A DNA stretch of 62,960 nucleotides, filler included, from Octopus bimaculoides (GCF_001194135.2; 4 parts of 4 records of this genome joined end to end with filler, not necessarily neighbours in it), one strand, 5' to 3'. Shown: positions 38,671 through 50,755, counted from the first letter of the whole stretch. Notes: generated from the sequence alone by a model not told the origin. Translations and numbers: made by a program.

Positions 38671-39641
38671 CATTTCCATGTAATATCAAATAACGTTTTA
38701 TATATTTAAATGATAAACGACATTACTTTTCTTTATTTAATTTCTTTATTTCTTTCCTACTTTTCTTCTTTTCTTCTTTTCCATTTCTTTCTTCCTTTCC
38801 TTTCATCTTTATAAAATGTCTACTTTCTCAGTCTGCTGGTAACCTTTCTTCCTGCTCCCTGTCCCAATTTCCGACAACAATTTTTCATCTTAAACCTTCT
38901 CCATCGAACCATATTGGTTAGTTGACTTTTTTTTATTCATTAATTTCCTGTCAACGCATTCATCTCCCGTCAAAATTAACTCACAAATAATTGGTCTTCA
39001 TTTATTTTAAACATCGACACACATTTACTCCCAATAACATCCACTCAGCCAAAAACAAGACGACACCTTATTGCTCTCTCTCCCTCTCTCTCTCTCTCTC
39101 TCCCTCTCTCCCTCTCTCTCTCTCTCTCTCCCTCTCTGTAGTCCGCGCCCTTCTTATCCTTTATCTTCTTCCTCGATTTCCTTTTGTTTTCCTATCCTCT
39201 CTCCTTACTTCGCTATCTCTCTTTTTTTCCCCTCCCAAAAAGAAAAGCTCTACATTGTATTTGTCCCATCTTCGTTGAGCCCTGTGTGGCTAATAAAAGA
39301 AATGTATCTATCTAGCTAGCTGTCTATTTATCTATCCATCTATCTATTTACCTATCCATCTATCTATTTACCTATCTATCTGTCTGTCTGTCTGTCTATC
39401 TATTAGTCTATTTACCTATAGATACACACAGAGACAGACAAGCAAACACACACACACACATACATATACATACACACGAAGAGGTACACAAAAGTAATCG
39501 GAAACGTTCTCTGTGGGACAAACCCGTTGTATTTAAGACTTTCCACTGCTAGAAGCCACTTGATGCGACCCTCAGGCATCAGTCTGTCAACCGGCGGCGT
39601 CCAGTGTGGTCCTACTATGTCTTTGTTTTGCAGTGCTTCTC

Positions 39642-39704
<63 letters not shown>

Positions 39705-40147
39705 TGAGTGAGTGTGTGATCGCGTTTGCTAGTTTATGTTCCCGTAACTTAGCGGATCGGTAGTTATATCCGACAAGATAATGATCAGACTTTAAAAATA
39801 AAACATGTGGTGGTGCTCCAGCATGGCCACAAACGAATAACGACCGGAACAAGTAGAGACAAAAGAATGACTTCGCTTCTGTTCATAAATAAAGATTCTC
39901 AGCGAATATATGTTCCAAGGGAAATTATTCTTTGAAGAAATTATCTCCCTTGGTTACTAGTTTATCATGCGTCCGATAACTAAATTAGCTGTATACTGTC
40001 AATTTAATGTGACAGTCCCAATAAGGGAATCATACTGCTGCTATTTAGCCCTAGGAAGCTGAACCGCTTCCTGTTGGCCTTGACACATTTCCTGTGTCCT
40101 TATATTTGCGAGGGGGAGACAAGCACCCCCACCCAGCCTAGTCTGCA

Positions 40148-40190
40148 TTCAGGGACATGTTTCTGAGTCATTGCTCATCATCAGCCTGAA
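40148..40190 (-). ncRNA. Minimal type-I hammerhead ribozyme, family C, all core nucleotides and stems intact
   Basis: Minus strand: TTCAGG CTGATGA TGAG CAATGA CTCA GAAAC AT GTC^CCTGAA. Stem I 6 bp, stem II 4 bp, stem III is the palindrome ACAUGU; cut between 40154 and 40153. Confidence 0.85.
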
Positions 40191-40516
40191 GTAGCAACAC
40201 CAGTTGGCTGAAGATGTCTGTCAACCTCTCGCAAATATAATTTATTTCTAGTGAAAACACATTCACTGATTACAAAAATTAGATTTATAATTAGATCATT
40301 TCATACATACATACATACATATATACATACACACAAATACACACACACACATACATACATACATACATACGTGTATACAAACGGGAGTAAAACTAATGGG
40401 GCGCTAAAGTGTAGATATGTCTTTATCTGTTAATTAAACGTCGGATAACGTTACACACAGAGACGAGAGTTACCTCCCCTACCGCCTTTTTTCCTCTTTT
40501 CATTCATTCATTTTGT

Positions 40517-40526
40517 AAGATGGCGG
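40517..40526 (+). promoter_or_regulatory. YY1-type motif AAGATGGCGG at the probable PMS1 transcription start region
   Basis: Matches YY1 consensus, follows a pyrimidine-rich Inr-like tract, about 70 nt before the ATG. Confidence 0.45.
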
Positions 40527-40587
40527 GAAGCATCGTTATTTTGTAAATCGACCAAACTGTTTCGATGTTTATTGTAAGACGGACACG

Positions 40588-40728
40588 ATGACAACTCTGA
40601 AAGCGCTGCCATCTGATACTATTCGACTTATAGGAAGCACCCAAGTAATAACATCCGTTAGCAATGCTATTAAGGAACTCGTAGAGAATTCCATCGATGC
40701 TGGGGCTACAAATATACAAGTGAAGCTG
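40588..40728 (+). CDS. PMS1: PMS1 coding exon 1
   Basis: MTTLKALPSDTIRLIGSTQVITSVSNAIKELVENSIDAGATNIQVKL|gtacgt; MutL GHKL motif I; phase 0. Confidence 0.95.
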
Positions 40729-41373
40729 GTACGTATTGTACATACGTTGTTTATATATACACGTTGTTTCCTTGTATTGCTATCTACTTTATTACTTTAT
40801 ATACACACGTTGTTCGTATGTACACACGTTGTAATTGTCTTGTACAAGAGAATCGAGCTGGTAATATTTTATGAGTGGAATTCGTTGTGTTTGTATTACA
40901 AAAGTCTTTCGAGTTGAGAATATCCTGCATGGATAACTTATCAAACTTACTTTTGGCATTGTATTTCTCTTGTTTGTTCCTCAAACACACACACACACAC
41001 ACACATATATAGGCAAAACTTCCTTTTGTATCCCCCAAAAAACACCCCCTTTTTTTATTTAATTTTTTTTTTCTACACAAACCCCCGTTTTCGGCTATGG
41101 AGAATACAAATCTGCCCACCTCCACCTCGAGAAATTTTTTTTTTTTTTTTTTTTTACTGAGAGGTCGAATCTGGCTGGTCTGAGCATAGAACAGGTTTCA
41201 AACACTTATTATAGGGCAGGTGTGACCGGCTGGATATGGTCAATCTGTAGTTAAAACAGGTAGATTTTAGCCCGATATAACGAGTTTAAATGCTAACGAG
41301 TTAATGTTCGTACAGAGTTTGTAATTTTTTTGATATTACATCATTTTTTTTTCTTTTTTCCTTTTATACACAG

Positions 41374-41533
41374 GAAAATTATGGTTTAGATCGCATTGAA
41401 ATCCGTGACAATGGCTGCGGAATTAAAAGCGAGGATTTCCCTTACGTTGCTAAACGACATTGCACTTCCAAAATATGTCTGTTCGCAGACTTGGAACAAT
41501 TGGTCACTTATGGATTCCGTGGAGAAGCATTAG
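41374..41533 (+). CDS. PMS1: PMS1 coding exon 2
   Basis: cag|[17 protein letters not shown]...HCTSKI...[10 protein letters not shown]|gtaagt. Confidence 0.95.
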
Positions 41534-42262
41534 GTAAGTCCAAGAAATTCCTGGTTGAAACTTTGCTTTACTCGTGCCAGCCATTGGATTGCGACCATAC
41601 TGGGGCACTGCTTTTAAGGGTTTAATTGATCAAATCAACCCCAGTACTTATCCCATCGGTCTCTTTTACCAAACTGCTAAGTTACAGGGATGTAAACAAA
41701 CCAACACTGGTTGTCAAGTGAGTTATGGAAACACACACATGCACATAAATATCGCATATATATCATGAGCATCATCATTGTTTAACATTCGCTTTCCATA
41801 TTGGCATGAGTTGGACGGTTTGACTGAGGGCTGGTGAGCCACAAGGCTGCACCAGGCTCCAATCCGATCTGGCAGTATTTCTACAGCTGGATGCCCTTCC
41901 TAACTTTGTGAAGGGCAGATTTTCAATCCTGGGATCACCCTGATTCTAGAAAAGTATAATATACCTATGTAGAGCAAATGTAGGCTGAGATACAGGGGTC
42001 CGAGGGTGACGAACAGAAGGGCCACCCCAGGTGGAACACACTCTAGCTACACTAGTGCATTGTAGGAAAGATGCAAAAAGGCCAAATCTGGCCAGTTTGA
42101 ACATGTATTCATATAAAGCAGGTAAAATATTCCGGCCAACTTTGACCAGTTTCAATGCTAAAGGGATGAGCCTTTTATGTCCTTGAAAAAAGGATGAACT
42201 TCACAACATCTTGTGTGTTATATGTAAACGTAATATCTGGTTGCCATCTTTTCTTTGAACAG

Positions 42263-42388
42263 CATCACTGAGTTCTGTCAGTGATCTGACTGTAACAAGT
42301 CGAACAATGTCCAACAGTCTCGCTCAAACTGCTACCTTCAGCAAGTCAGGAGATGTCCTTAAAATCACTCCATGTTCATCGAACGAAG
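42263..42388 (+). CDS. PMS1: PMS1 coding exon 3
   Basis: cag|(A)SLSSVSDLTVTSRT...PCSSNE G|gtaagt; phase 1-1. Confidence 0.9.
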
Positions 42389-42870
42389 GTAAGTAAAAGA
42401 TGTACATTCTTGGAGACTAGTTTTTTTTTTTGGAGGGGGGCAGTCTCTTCTGCGTGTTGCGTGTAGGGGGTATGAAGCATTTTGGTTCAGTCGTTTTGGG
42501 CACTACCTATTTGGACATCAGTGATTTGATGCTGACTTATTTGACAGAAGACATTTTAATGTTTCTCTTTCTCTCTCTCTCTCTCTTCCACCCCCTCTCT
42601 CTCTTTCCTTCTCTCTATTCCTCTCTTCCTTTCCTCTCTCTGGTAGTGATGGTAGTAGTAGTGGTGGTGGTAGTTGTAGTGATGGTGGTGGTGGTAGTAG
42701 TAATAGTAGAGTGGTGGTGGTGGTAGTAGTAGTAGTAATGGTGGTGACAGTGGTAGTAGTAATGATGGTGGCAGTGGCAGTAGTCATAGTAGTGGTGGTG
42801 GTGGTAGTAGTATACTAGTAGTAATGGTGGTAGTAGTAACCACCAGCTTCTTTTCGTCTGTTTCCTTCAG

Positions 42871-43151
42871 GTAGTACGATTATTGCGAGTGGCCTGTTTC
42901 GGAACCTACCTGTCAGACACCAGTTCAATAAGAATGACAAACGCTGCAAAGAAGAACTCAAGAAGGTCGAAAACCTTATCACGGCATTCAGCATCATCAA
43001 CCCAGCCACACGGTTCACGCTGCGCCATAACAAGGATATTCTCTTGGAGAAAGGGGCTGTTGATTCTTACCGTTCCGCTCTGATTGCTACCTGGGGATGG
43101 TCACTTGTTCAACAGTTTCAACATATTGTCAAAACTGACGAAGAACACCAG
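42871..43151 (+). CDS. PMS1: PMS1 coding exon 4
   Basis: cag|GSTIIASGLFRNLPVRHQF...TDEEHQ|gtaaac. Confidence 0.95.
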
Positions 43152-44460
43152 GTAAACAATAAGAGAAAAAAACAATTGTTTTTAATTTTTTTTTTTTTTT
43201 ACTTGTTTCAGTCATTTGACTGCGGCCATGCTGGAGCACCACCTTTTAGTCGAGCAAATTGACCCCAGGACTTATTCTTTGTAAGCCTAGTACTTATTCT
43301 ATCGAACTGTTTTTGCCGAACTGCTAAGTTACGGGGAACGTACACACACCAGCATCTGATGTCAAGCGATGTTGGTGGGGACAAACACAGACACACACAC
43401 ACACATATATATACACACATATGACAGGCTTCTTTCAGTTTCCGTCTACCAAATCCACTCACAAAGCTTTGGTTGGCCCAAGACTATTATTTCTACAGCT
43501 GAGTTAACTGGAGCAATGTGAAATAAAGTGTCTTGCTCAAGGACACAACACACAGCCTGGTCCAAGAATCAAACTCACTATCTCATGATCGGGAGCCTGA
43601 CACTCTCTCTCTATTTATATATATATATGTATTTATATGTAGATCGTTGCCAGCGCCGCCAGACTGGCTCCCATGCAGGGAGCATGTAAAAACACCTTTT
43701 GAGTGTGGTTGTTGCCAGAACCACCTGACTGGCCCTCGTGCCAGTGGCACATTAAAAGCACCCACTACACTCTCAAAGTGGTTGGCATTAGGAAAGGCAT
43801 CCATCTGTAGAAACTTTGCCAGATCAGATTGGAGCCTGGTGTAGCCATCTGGTTCACCAATCCTCAGTCAAACCGTCCAACCGATGCCAGCATGGAAAGC
43901 GAACGTTAAACTATGATGATGATGTATGTGTATATATATATATGTATATGTGTGTGTGTATATATATGTATATATATATATATATAATGCGAGAGAGTTA
44001 GGGGTTGAGGATTCAACCCACTAAGGGATAGTATCTATCCAATATACTGCTGGGAGGGTACCCAATTATTATTACACTAGTGTTATACCAAGTGCAATAA
44101 TTGGGAGCAGGTAAGGGGGGGGGGGGNNNNNNNNNNNNNNNNNNNNNNNNNNNNNNNNNNNNNNNNNNNNNNNNNNNNNNNNNNNNNNNNNNNNNNNNNN
44201 NNNNNNNNNNNNNNNNNNNNNNNNNNNNNNNNNNNNNNNNNNNNNNNNNNNNNNNNNNNNNNNNNNNNNNNNNNNNNNNNNNNNNNNNNNNNNNNNNNNN
44301 NNNNNNNNNNNNNNNNNNNNNNNNNNNNNNNNNNNNNNNNNNNNNNNNNNNNNNNNNNNNNNNNNNNNNNNNNNNNNNNNNNNNNNNNNNNNNNNNNNNN
44401 NNNNNNNNNNNNNNNNATATATATATATATATATTCACACACACACACATATACATACAT

Positions 44461-44528
<68 letters not shown>

Positions 44529-44622
44529 ATGTATGTATATGTGTGTGTGTGTGTGTGTGTGTATTGTGATTATTATCATTGTGTTATCACTTTGTTTATT
44601 TGTTTGTTATTTTCTTTATTAG

Positions 44623-44745
44623 ATCAGTTTAGAGATGTTTCTTCCCCAAACCAAATCTGAGGTGAATGTCATGAGCAGAACGGGCAGTGATCAAGGACTG
44701 GTTTACATCAACAGACGACCTGTTCGATTCAAGGCCATCCAAAAG
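44623..44745 (+). CDS. PMS1: PMS1 coding exon 5
   Basis: tag|ISLEMFLPQ...LVYINRRPVRFKAIQK|gtacaa. Confidence 0.9.
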
Positions 44746-45382
44746 GTACAAAGTCCCCCCCAAACCCCTTTCTTCATTTCTTCTTGTTGTTATTTCATTC
44801 TTTTTCCAATTCTTCAAAGAGTAAAATTGGCAAAGACCCCACTACCTTCGGCCAGGAATGACCATGGGATTGAACCTAGAAAGTTCCCATTCTGAAGCAC
44901 AAGTTTTATGGGAGACTTCTGACGCCACCACCATCATCACCCTTGCCTCCACCTCTATCATAACTACAACTCATGCTATTACTATCACCCCTTTACCATT
45001 ACAACCACCAATGTACTACCGTCTCCATGTGTACTATTACTCTCACCCTGTCACGAGAAATAGCAGAAGTGTCACTGAGTAGAGGGAGAGAGGGAGTCAA
45101 AGTGTGACACACTGGCACACAGAAATTCGTTTTAGCATTTGTTATTACAGATAATGAAGGTGATATTATAATATTATACAAAAATTGGCATTTCTAACCC
45201 CAAATTTTAAATGTTATTCTTTATACACCAACATGGATAACAGATGTTAAATGATGATGATGATGATGTGTGTGTTTGTATGTGTTCACATGTATTCTTT
45301 TCTAAATGTCACATGATGGTTATGAATGAACACCATTATACATGTAGTCTTCCCTGATGTTTTTTTTCTTTTATTTCTACAG

Positions 45383-45523
45383 GTTGTCCGTCAGTATTAT
45401 TGCAACTCATTGGTTGGAGACAAGAATAGGTACCCCCTGTTTGTGGCCATCTTCACCGTACCCAACAGAGAAGTTGATGTTAATTTGGAACCAAACAAAG
45501 CAAGGGTACTCTTGCATAACGAG
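45383..45523 (+). CDS. PMS1: PMS1 coding exon 6
   Basis: cag|VVRQYY...RYPLFV...VDVNLEPNKARVLLHNE|gtagga. Confidence 0.95.
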
Positions 45524-45599
45524 GTAGGAAATTTCATTTTGGTGACATGCAAGTTTTGAAGATGGTCATCTTTTGGCACTAATTATTGAGACCGAGAAT

Positions 45600-46060
45600 A
45601 TGAAGCTGTGGCCTGCATGATGGGACACATCAGAAGCTCTGACTGCATCTGCATGCTGGAATTCGTGCCTATATTTTGGATCAGGGCCTTATGCTCAATT
45701 TAGATGATTATGTAAAGCTGTTGGAGACTGTTATCAGTCCCCAGCTCCAGTTGGATTGCTGTTGGCAGACCATATGTGTGGCACCAGGATTTGACTCCTT
45801 GCCATGCCTACGGAAAGAATCTGAAGTGGTTGTCAGAGAACTTCTACGACTTTGACTTTACTAACCCCAATTTGTCTGACCTCCAAATTCCTCTGTTTTT
45901 TAATCTCATGGATTACTGTGTGGCGGGGCATGGTTGAGGAACACACCAAGGCTGAACTGGTGGTCAAGCTCAAAGAGGTATTCAAAGATCTTTCCTGGAC
46001 CAAAGGGAGGAATGCATTCACCAGGTTCTGGAGCCATCTTAACCCATTACCTACCAGTGA
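45600..46060 (+). mobile_element. Tc1/mariner (maT/DD37D-like) transposase remnant in PMS1 intron 6
   Basis: DDYVKLLETV...GRPYVWHQDLTPCH...WLSENFYDF...TKAELVVKLKEVFKDL...RNAFTRF. Confidence 0.7.
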
Positions 46061-46551
46061 TCTCATATGAGATCACTTAGAAATTACAAATTTCCTAATT
46101 ATCTGTCAATATTTACACATATCTAACCTTTTTGCTATATCTACTAGGTATATATCTCTGATATTCAAATGAGGTTTGCTAATTTTTCACCCAATATCTC
46201 GCTTATTTCTATTTAAAATGTTATTTTGATCATTCCAGTGTGTTTCTAAGGCTGTTTTATGCTAGAAATCTAAGTTTCATAAAAAAATTCCAGTTTATAG
46301 AATTATGGGAGGTAATGGGTTAAGGTTGTAGTGGAAGCTGAGGGTAGCTGCTTAGGATAAACTCTTACCTCCCAACCATAATCTTGCTGGTATTTTTTGA
46401 TTTTTTTAAATATTTTTTATTTTTGGATAACATATGTTTTCTTTTCCTTTTCTGCAAATTAACAAATTTGTCCCAAAAAACCTTGTAGAGTCATCAAAGA
46501 ATGAAAAGTTCTTCATAATTTTCACTTTTTTTTTTTTTCTTGATTTTTAAG

Positions 46552-46831
46552 GAGACAATATTGGATATTCTTACATCGTTGCTGGAAGAATTATATGGGG
46601 TTTTGGGTTCTGGAAACCAAGTTACAAAGAATGGTAGTAACCACACGTCCACCGAAACAAAACCTAAAACAGAGAACAGTGTGATACATTGTCCTAAGAA
46701 TAATAAACCAGTTCCTGAGAAGACAAACCCATGTGGTATTGAACTCGTGCCTCCAAGTACATTACTACAACCACAGGCCAAATCATCCTCAGGACTCACC
46801 AATGGCAATTTGCATCCAACGACTGACAGAC
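46552..46831 (+). CDS. PMS1: PMS1 coding exon 7
   Basis: aag|ETILDILTSLLEELYG...PTTDR c|gtaagt; phase 0-1. Confidence 0.85.
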
Positions 46832-47183
46832 GTAAGTGATCAGAGCTTAACCCATTCCCAGTTCAAATCCTTTTCATAAGTTTCCCCTAAACGTCCATCC
46901 TTATTTTCTTCACACTTTTTGTTAATCTTTGCTTCATACATTCTGAGTAATATAAAGCTGTCCTTGAGAAATTTAGTTTCTGGACATTTCTAGAAATATC
47001 TAAAGTAACTTATAAAAATCCAGGATTTCTGATATTTTTCAGTGACTTTTAGACTTCTGCAGGAAATTTTGTCACTCAACATTCTGCATGTCTTGTAGTG
47101 TTGAATTATTGTCACACCCATGAAATGGACATTGTATTTTTCTCCATCATGACCTTTAGAGAAATGTGCCACGTGTATATTAA

Positions 47184-47403
47184 CCCTTCTGTTACTGTAT
47201 TTATTTTGAGATGCTCTGTGTTTCTTTGAATTACTTTAAATATAACAAAGAATTTAATAAAATAACTTAGTTATCATTCAGCTAGTGTTAGGAACATAAA
47301 TTGTGACTAAGGTTTGGTAGAAGATTTTAATTCAAAACTTATAAAAACAAGACATTTATACTCAGAGCCAGAGGTGGTTTCAGCCAGGTTGGTAACGAAA
47401 GGG
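47184..47403. mobile_element. TTAA-flanked MITE (piggyBac-like ends)
   Basis: TTAA|CCCTTCTGTTAC ... GGTAACGAAAGGG|TTAA; reverse-oriented relative of 56459-56670. Confidence 0.75.
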
Positions 47404-47584
47404 TTAAGATGTGTGTTTGGAGCATAAGTTAACAAAAGCTTGTTACCTTAAAATTGTGAAGGACCATTTTACTTTTAAATATAAACTCTTTGAAAGCGGG
47501 GTGTTTCCATTATTAACCCAGGGGTAGAGGGTTGGCATTCAAAGAGTAAAACTATATTTTCTGTCCATTTCTCTTTTGTTTTAG

Positions 47585-47958
47585 ACAATTCCTCCCCAAA
47601 TTCCACACCTTTGGTAAAACCTGCAGAACCAGACACAGCACCAACATTACCTGTCAACCAACCAGTGGTTACCCCACACCACCCTCCTCCTCCTCTTCCA
47701 GCAACATCCTCTTCTACCGGCAACAGCTGCACAGCATTGGATCGCGAAGAACTCTTCAAAGAATTTGACAAGTCATTTGAGATTGAGTTTACTGATCCGG
47801 GTTCAAACCTAGGAAAATCTTCAGTGCAACAACAGCAACAGACAGATCCAGGTCGGCCCCAGACCACTTCAGAGCCACAGTTACCACTTCCTGGTCCTCT
47901 TGATCTTGAAGAGTGGAGTCGAGGCAAAGTTGGTGCACTGAATGGAAATATATTACAG
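47585..47958 (+). CDS. PMS1: PMS1 coding exon 8 (P/T/Q-rich linker)
   Basis: tag|(H)NSSPNSTPLVKP...DLEEWSRGKVGALNGNILQ|gtacat; EWSRG is recalled as conserved in human PMS1; phases fit. Confidence 0.85.
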
Positions 47959-48009
47959 GTACATGGTTCTCTGTCTTGTGTTTGGTTGGAAGTGATGTCC
48001 GTGTGTTTG

Positions 48010-48215
48010 TTATTAATGAGATGTATCCATGCATGGCAAAATGCTTGGCAGTATTTTGTCTGCTGCTATGTTCTGAGTTCAAATCCCACCAAGGTCGACT
48101 TTGCCTTTCATCCTTTCGGGGTCGATAAATTAAGTACCAGTTGCGTACTGGGGTCAATGAAATCAACTATCTCCCTCCCCAAAATTGCAGGCTTTATGCC
48201 AATAGTAGAAAAGAT
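48010..48215 (+). mobile_element. SINE family 2, CpG-decayed, PMS1 intron 8
   Basis: Core intact; CCGCCGAGG has become CCACCAAGG. Confidence 0.8.
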
Positions 48216-48222
48216 CATTATT

Positions 48223-48253
<31 letters not shown>

Positions 48254-48611
48254 AGGCGGTGAGCTGGCAGAATCGTTAACAGACTGGACAAAATACTTGG
48301 CAGTATTTTGCCCCTCACTACGTTCTGGATGGATTCGGACGAAATTTTCAGGAATGTTTGTCCTCATGACTGATTAGATTTTGGGATCAATCCAGTAGTG
48401 GACAAGGATTCTGGATTATTTTTTCACTTAATTTTTGAGAGCAGTTGGGTTCATTTTTAGTATTCTCGTTTGTGAGAGCAATCAAGCTTATCTCAGATAT
48501 TCTCATTTTAAAAATCATCTCTGGCTAATCGTTGAGAGGACATTGGTGTTGCCTTGGCAGAGGTTTGCGCTTTCTGAGTGCACTTGTTATTATTATTATT
48601 ATTATTATTGG

Positions 48612-48830
48612 CAGTGAGCTGGCAGAATCATTAACACACTGGACTAAATGCTTAATGGCATTTGTTCTGGGTTCAAATTCTACCAAGGTCGCCTTTGACC
48701 TTTCATCCTTTTAGAGTCAATAAAATAAATACCAGCCAAGCAGTGGGGTTGGGGATCAGTGTAATTGACTAATCCCCCTGCCCCACAAAAAAAAAATTTC
48801 AAGCTCTTGTGCCCCAAATGAGAAAGAATT
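48612..48830 (+). mobile_element. SINE family 2, CpG-decayed, PMS1 intron 8
   Basis: GTGAGCTGGCAGAATCATTAAC head; core degenerate. Confidence 0.75.
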
Positions 48831-48859
48831 ATTTCATATTGTTATTGTGTCTTTCTTAG

Positions 48860-49003
48860 CCAGTTCGTCTGTTGTCTCCGGCTGCAGGACAGACCTCGTC
48901 CAAACCCCAGACTATTCTACAGTTGAAACACCAAACAACATCAGCATCAACACCACAACATCCACTTCCTCTTCAAGCTAAAAAGAAGCCTTTCTTACCA
49001 AAG
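48860..49003 (+). CDS. PMS1: PMS1 coding exon 9
   Basis: tag|PVRLLSPAAG...KKKPFLPK|gtaagt; phase 0-0. Confidence 0.85.
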
Positions 49004-49420
49004 GTAAGTAATGATGCCCTCATCTATATGTGATTATGTTCATGTCTGTATCCATATGTGTGTGTGTTTATGTGTATATCTATGTGTGTGTGTATGTATG
49101 TATGTGTGTATATCTATGTGTGTGTGTGTATGTATGTATATGTGCATATCTATGTGTTTGCATATGTGATTGTGCACATGTCTGCATATATATGCATGGT
49201 AAATAAATCTGTGCATGTTTATATCTGTGTGTGTGTATTTGTTTGTGTATGGAGTAGTTGGTGTTAGGAAGGGCATCCAGCTATAAAAACCCTGCCAAAA
49301 CAGACAGAAACATTTCAGTTTTTTTTTTTTTTGTTTGTTTATTGATTTTTTTTTTTCTTGCATGGTGGAGTTCTTATTACCTTTTTATAAACGAGTTCTG
49401 TATTTGTTAATTGTTTTTAG

Positions 49421-49520
49421 CCTGCCGATCAGATGCGATTGTATGATTTAGTCGGAAGTCAACCCATTAAACGTCCCATCACAGCATTCAATATGTTCTG
49501 TAATGAAACTCGAGCTAAAT
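49421..49520 (+). CDS. PMS1: PMS1 coding exon 10 (HMG box start)
   Basis: tag|PADQMRLYDLVGSQPIKRPITAFNMFCNETRAK t|gtgagt. Confidence 0.9.
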
Positions 49521-49738
49521 GTGAGTTGTTCACCTTTATTTTCCTTCATTTCTTTTTTTTTTTCTGATTTAACAAACTTCACGTTAATTTATTTTCCAAA
49601 CTCCAGCTTAATTATGGCAAAGTTAAAATTCTTCATTATTTTGAAAATTATTGGAAACAAAAGCAGCATATTTCAGCAGAAATGTGGTGACAAAGAGGTT
49701 AAAGTCTAATTTTTGAATGCTGTTTGTCTTTTATTCAG

Positions 49739-49862
49739 TGCTTCAGGAAGATGCAGAGATCAATAGTGATGTACTTCGAGCGACCATCACTGCAAAATGG
49801 CAGCGTTTATCTGAACCAGAGAAAAGTCATTATGAAAAACTCTGCCAAGCGGACCTAAAGAG
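49739..49862 (+). CDS. PMS1: PMS1 coding exon 11 (HMG box)
   Basis: cag|(L)LQEDAEINS...AKWQRLSEPEKSHYEKLCQADLK ag|gttggg. Confidence 0.9.
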
Positions 49863-49989
49863 GTTGGGGCTTTTTTTCATTATTTTTTTAAAACTCGGTG
49901 CTCCAGCATGGCTGCAGTCAAATGACTGAAACAAGTAAAAGAGTATTATTTGCAGACATTTTTATCTCATTATGTACAGTCTCATGGTG

Positions 49990-50312
49990 AAGGTGCGTGG
50001 CTTAGTGGTTATGGCATTCGGACTACGATTGTTAGGTCGTGAGTTCAATTCCCGGTAACGTGTTGTGTCCTTGAGCAAGCCCCTTTATTCCACATTACTC
50101 CAGTCCACTCAGCTGGCAAAAATGAGTAGTACCTGTATTTCAAAGGGCCGGCCTTGTCGCACTCTGTGTCACTCTGAATATCCCCGGCAACTACGTTAAG
50201 GGTACACGTGTCTGTGGAGTGCTCAGCCACTTGCACGTTAATTTCCCAAGCAAGCTGTTCCGTTGATCGGATCAACTGGAACCCTCGTCGTCGTAACTGA
50301 TGGAGTGCTCCT
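49990..50312 (+). mobile_element. CORE-type SINE (family 4), near full length
   Basis: GGCTTAGTGGTT A-box, GAGTTCAATTCC B-box, GTGTCCTTGAGCAAG CORE-like segment. Confidence 0.8.
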
Positions 50313-50399
50313 TACAGGCTCATGATCCATACCATATTTATCATCATTATGACCATCGTCGTCATCGACAGCTCCTCACAGTTTTCAATTTTCTTCCAG

Positions 50400-50451
50400 A
50401 TATGAAGACCAGATGAACGCAGCCAAGAATGTGGCCCTCAGTAAGTTGAAG
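50400..50451 (+). CDS. PMS1: PMS1 coding exon 12 (alternative donor after 50440 possible)
   Basis: cag|(R)YEDQMNAAKNVALSKLK|gttggt; phase 0 is required by the first acceptor of the next exon. Confidence 0.75.
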
Positions 50452-50609
50452 GTTGGTTACATCACATTCTATATACTTTATAATGTATTGATATATCTAT
50501 GTGTTCTAAGAATTTTACTTCGCAACCCCATTAAATTTCCTGGATATTCCCAAGAAACTTACAATTCTATAACACTTTCTCCTTTTTTACTTTTTCTTCT
50601 TATTCAAAG

Positions 50610-50755
50610 CAAGAGAAACTAAAAATACCAACTTCAAAGAAACCAGTACAGTCTGTGAATGCTGACGATGCCAGAAGATTTCCAGTCAAATACCATAATA
50701 TTCCTTTCAGTTTAAAAACCCTCAAAAGGAAATTGTTGAATATCTGCAATGAAAG
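50610..50755 (+). CDS. PMS1: PMS1 coding exon 13
   Basis: aag|QEKLKIP...IPFSLKTLKRKLLNICNE ag|gttggt. Confidence 0.8.
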
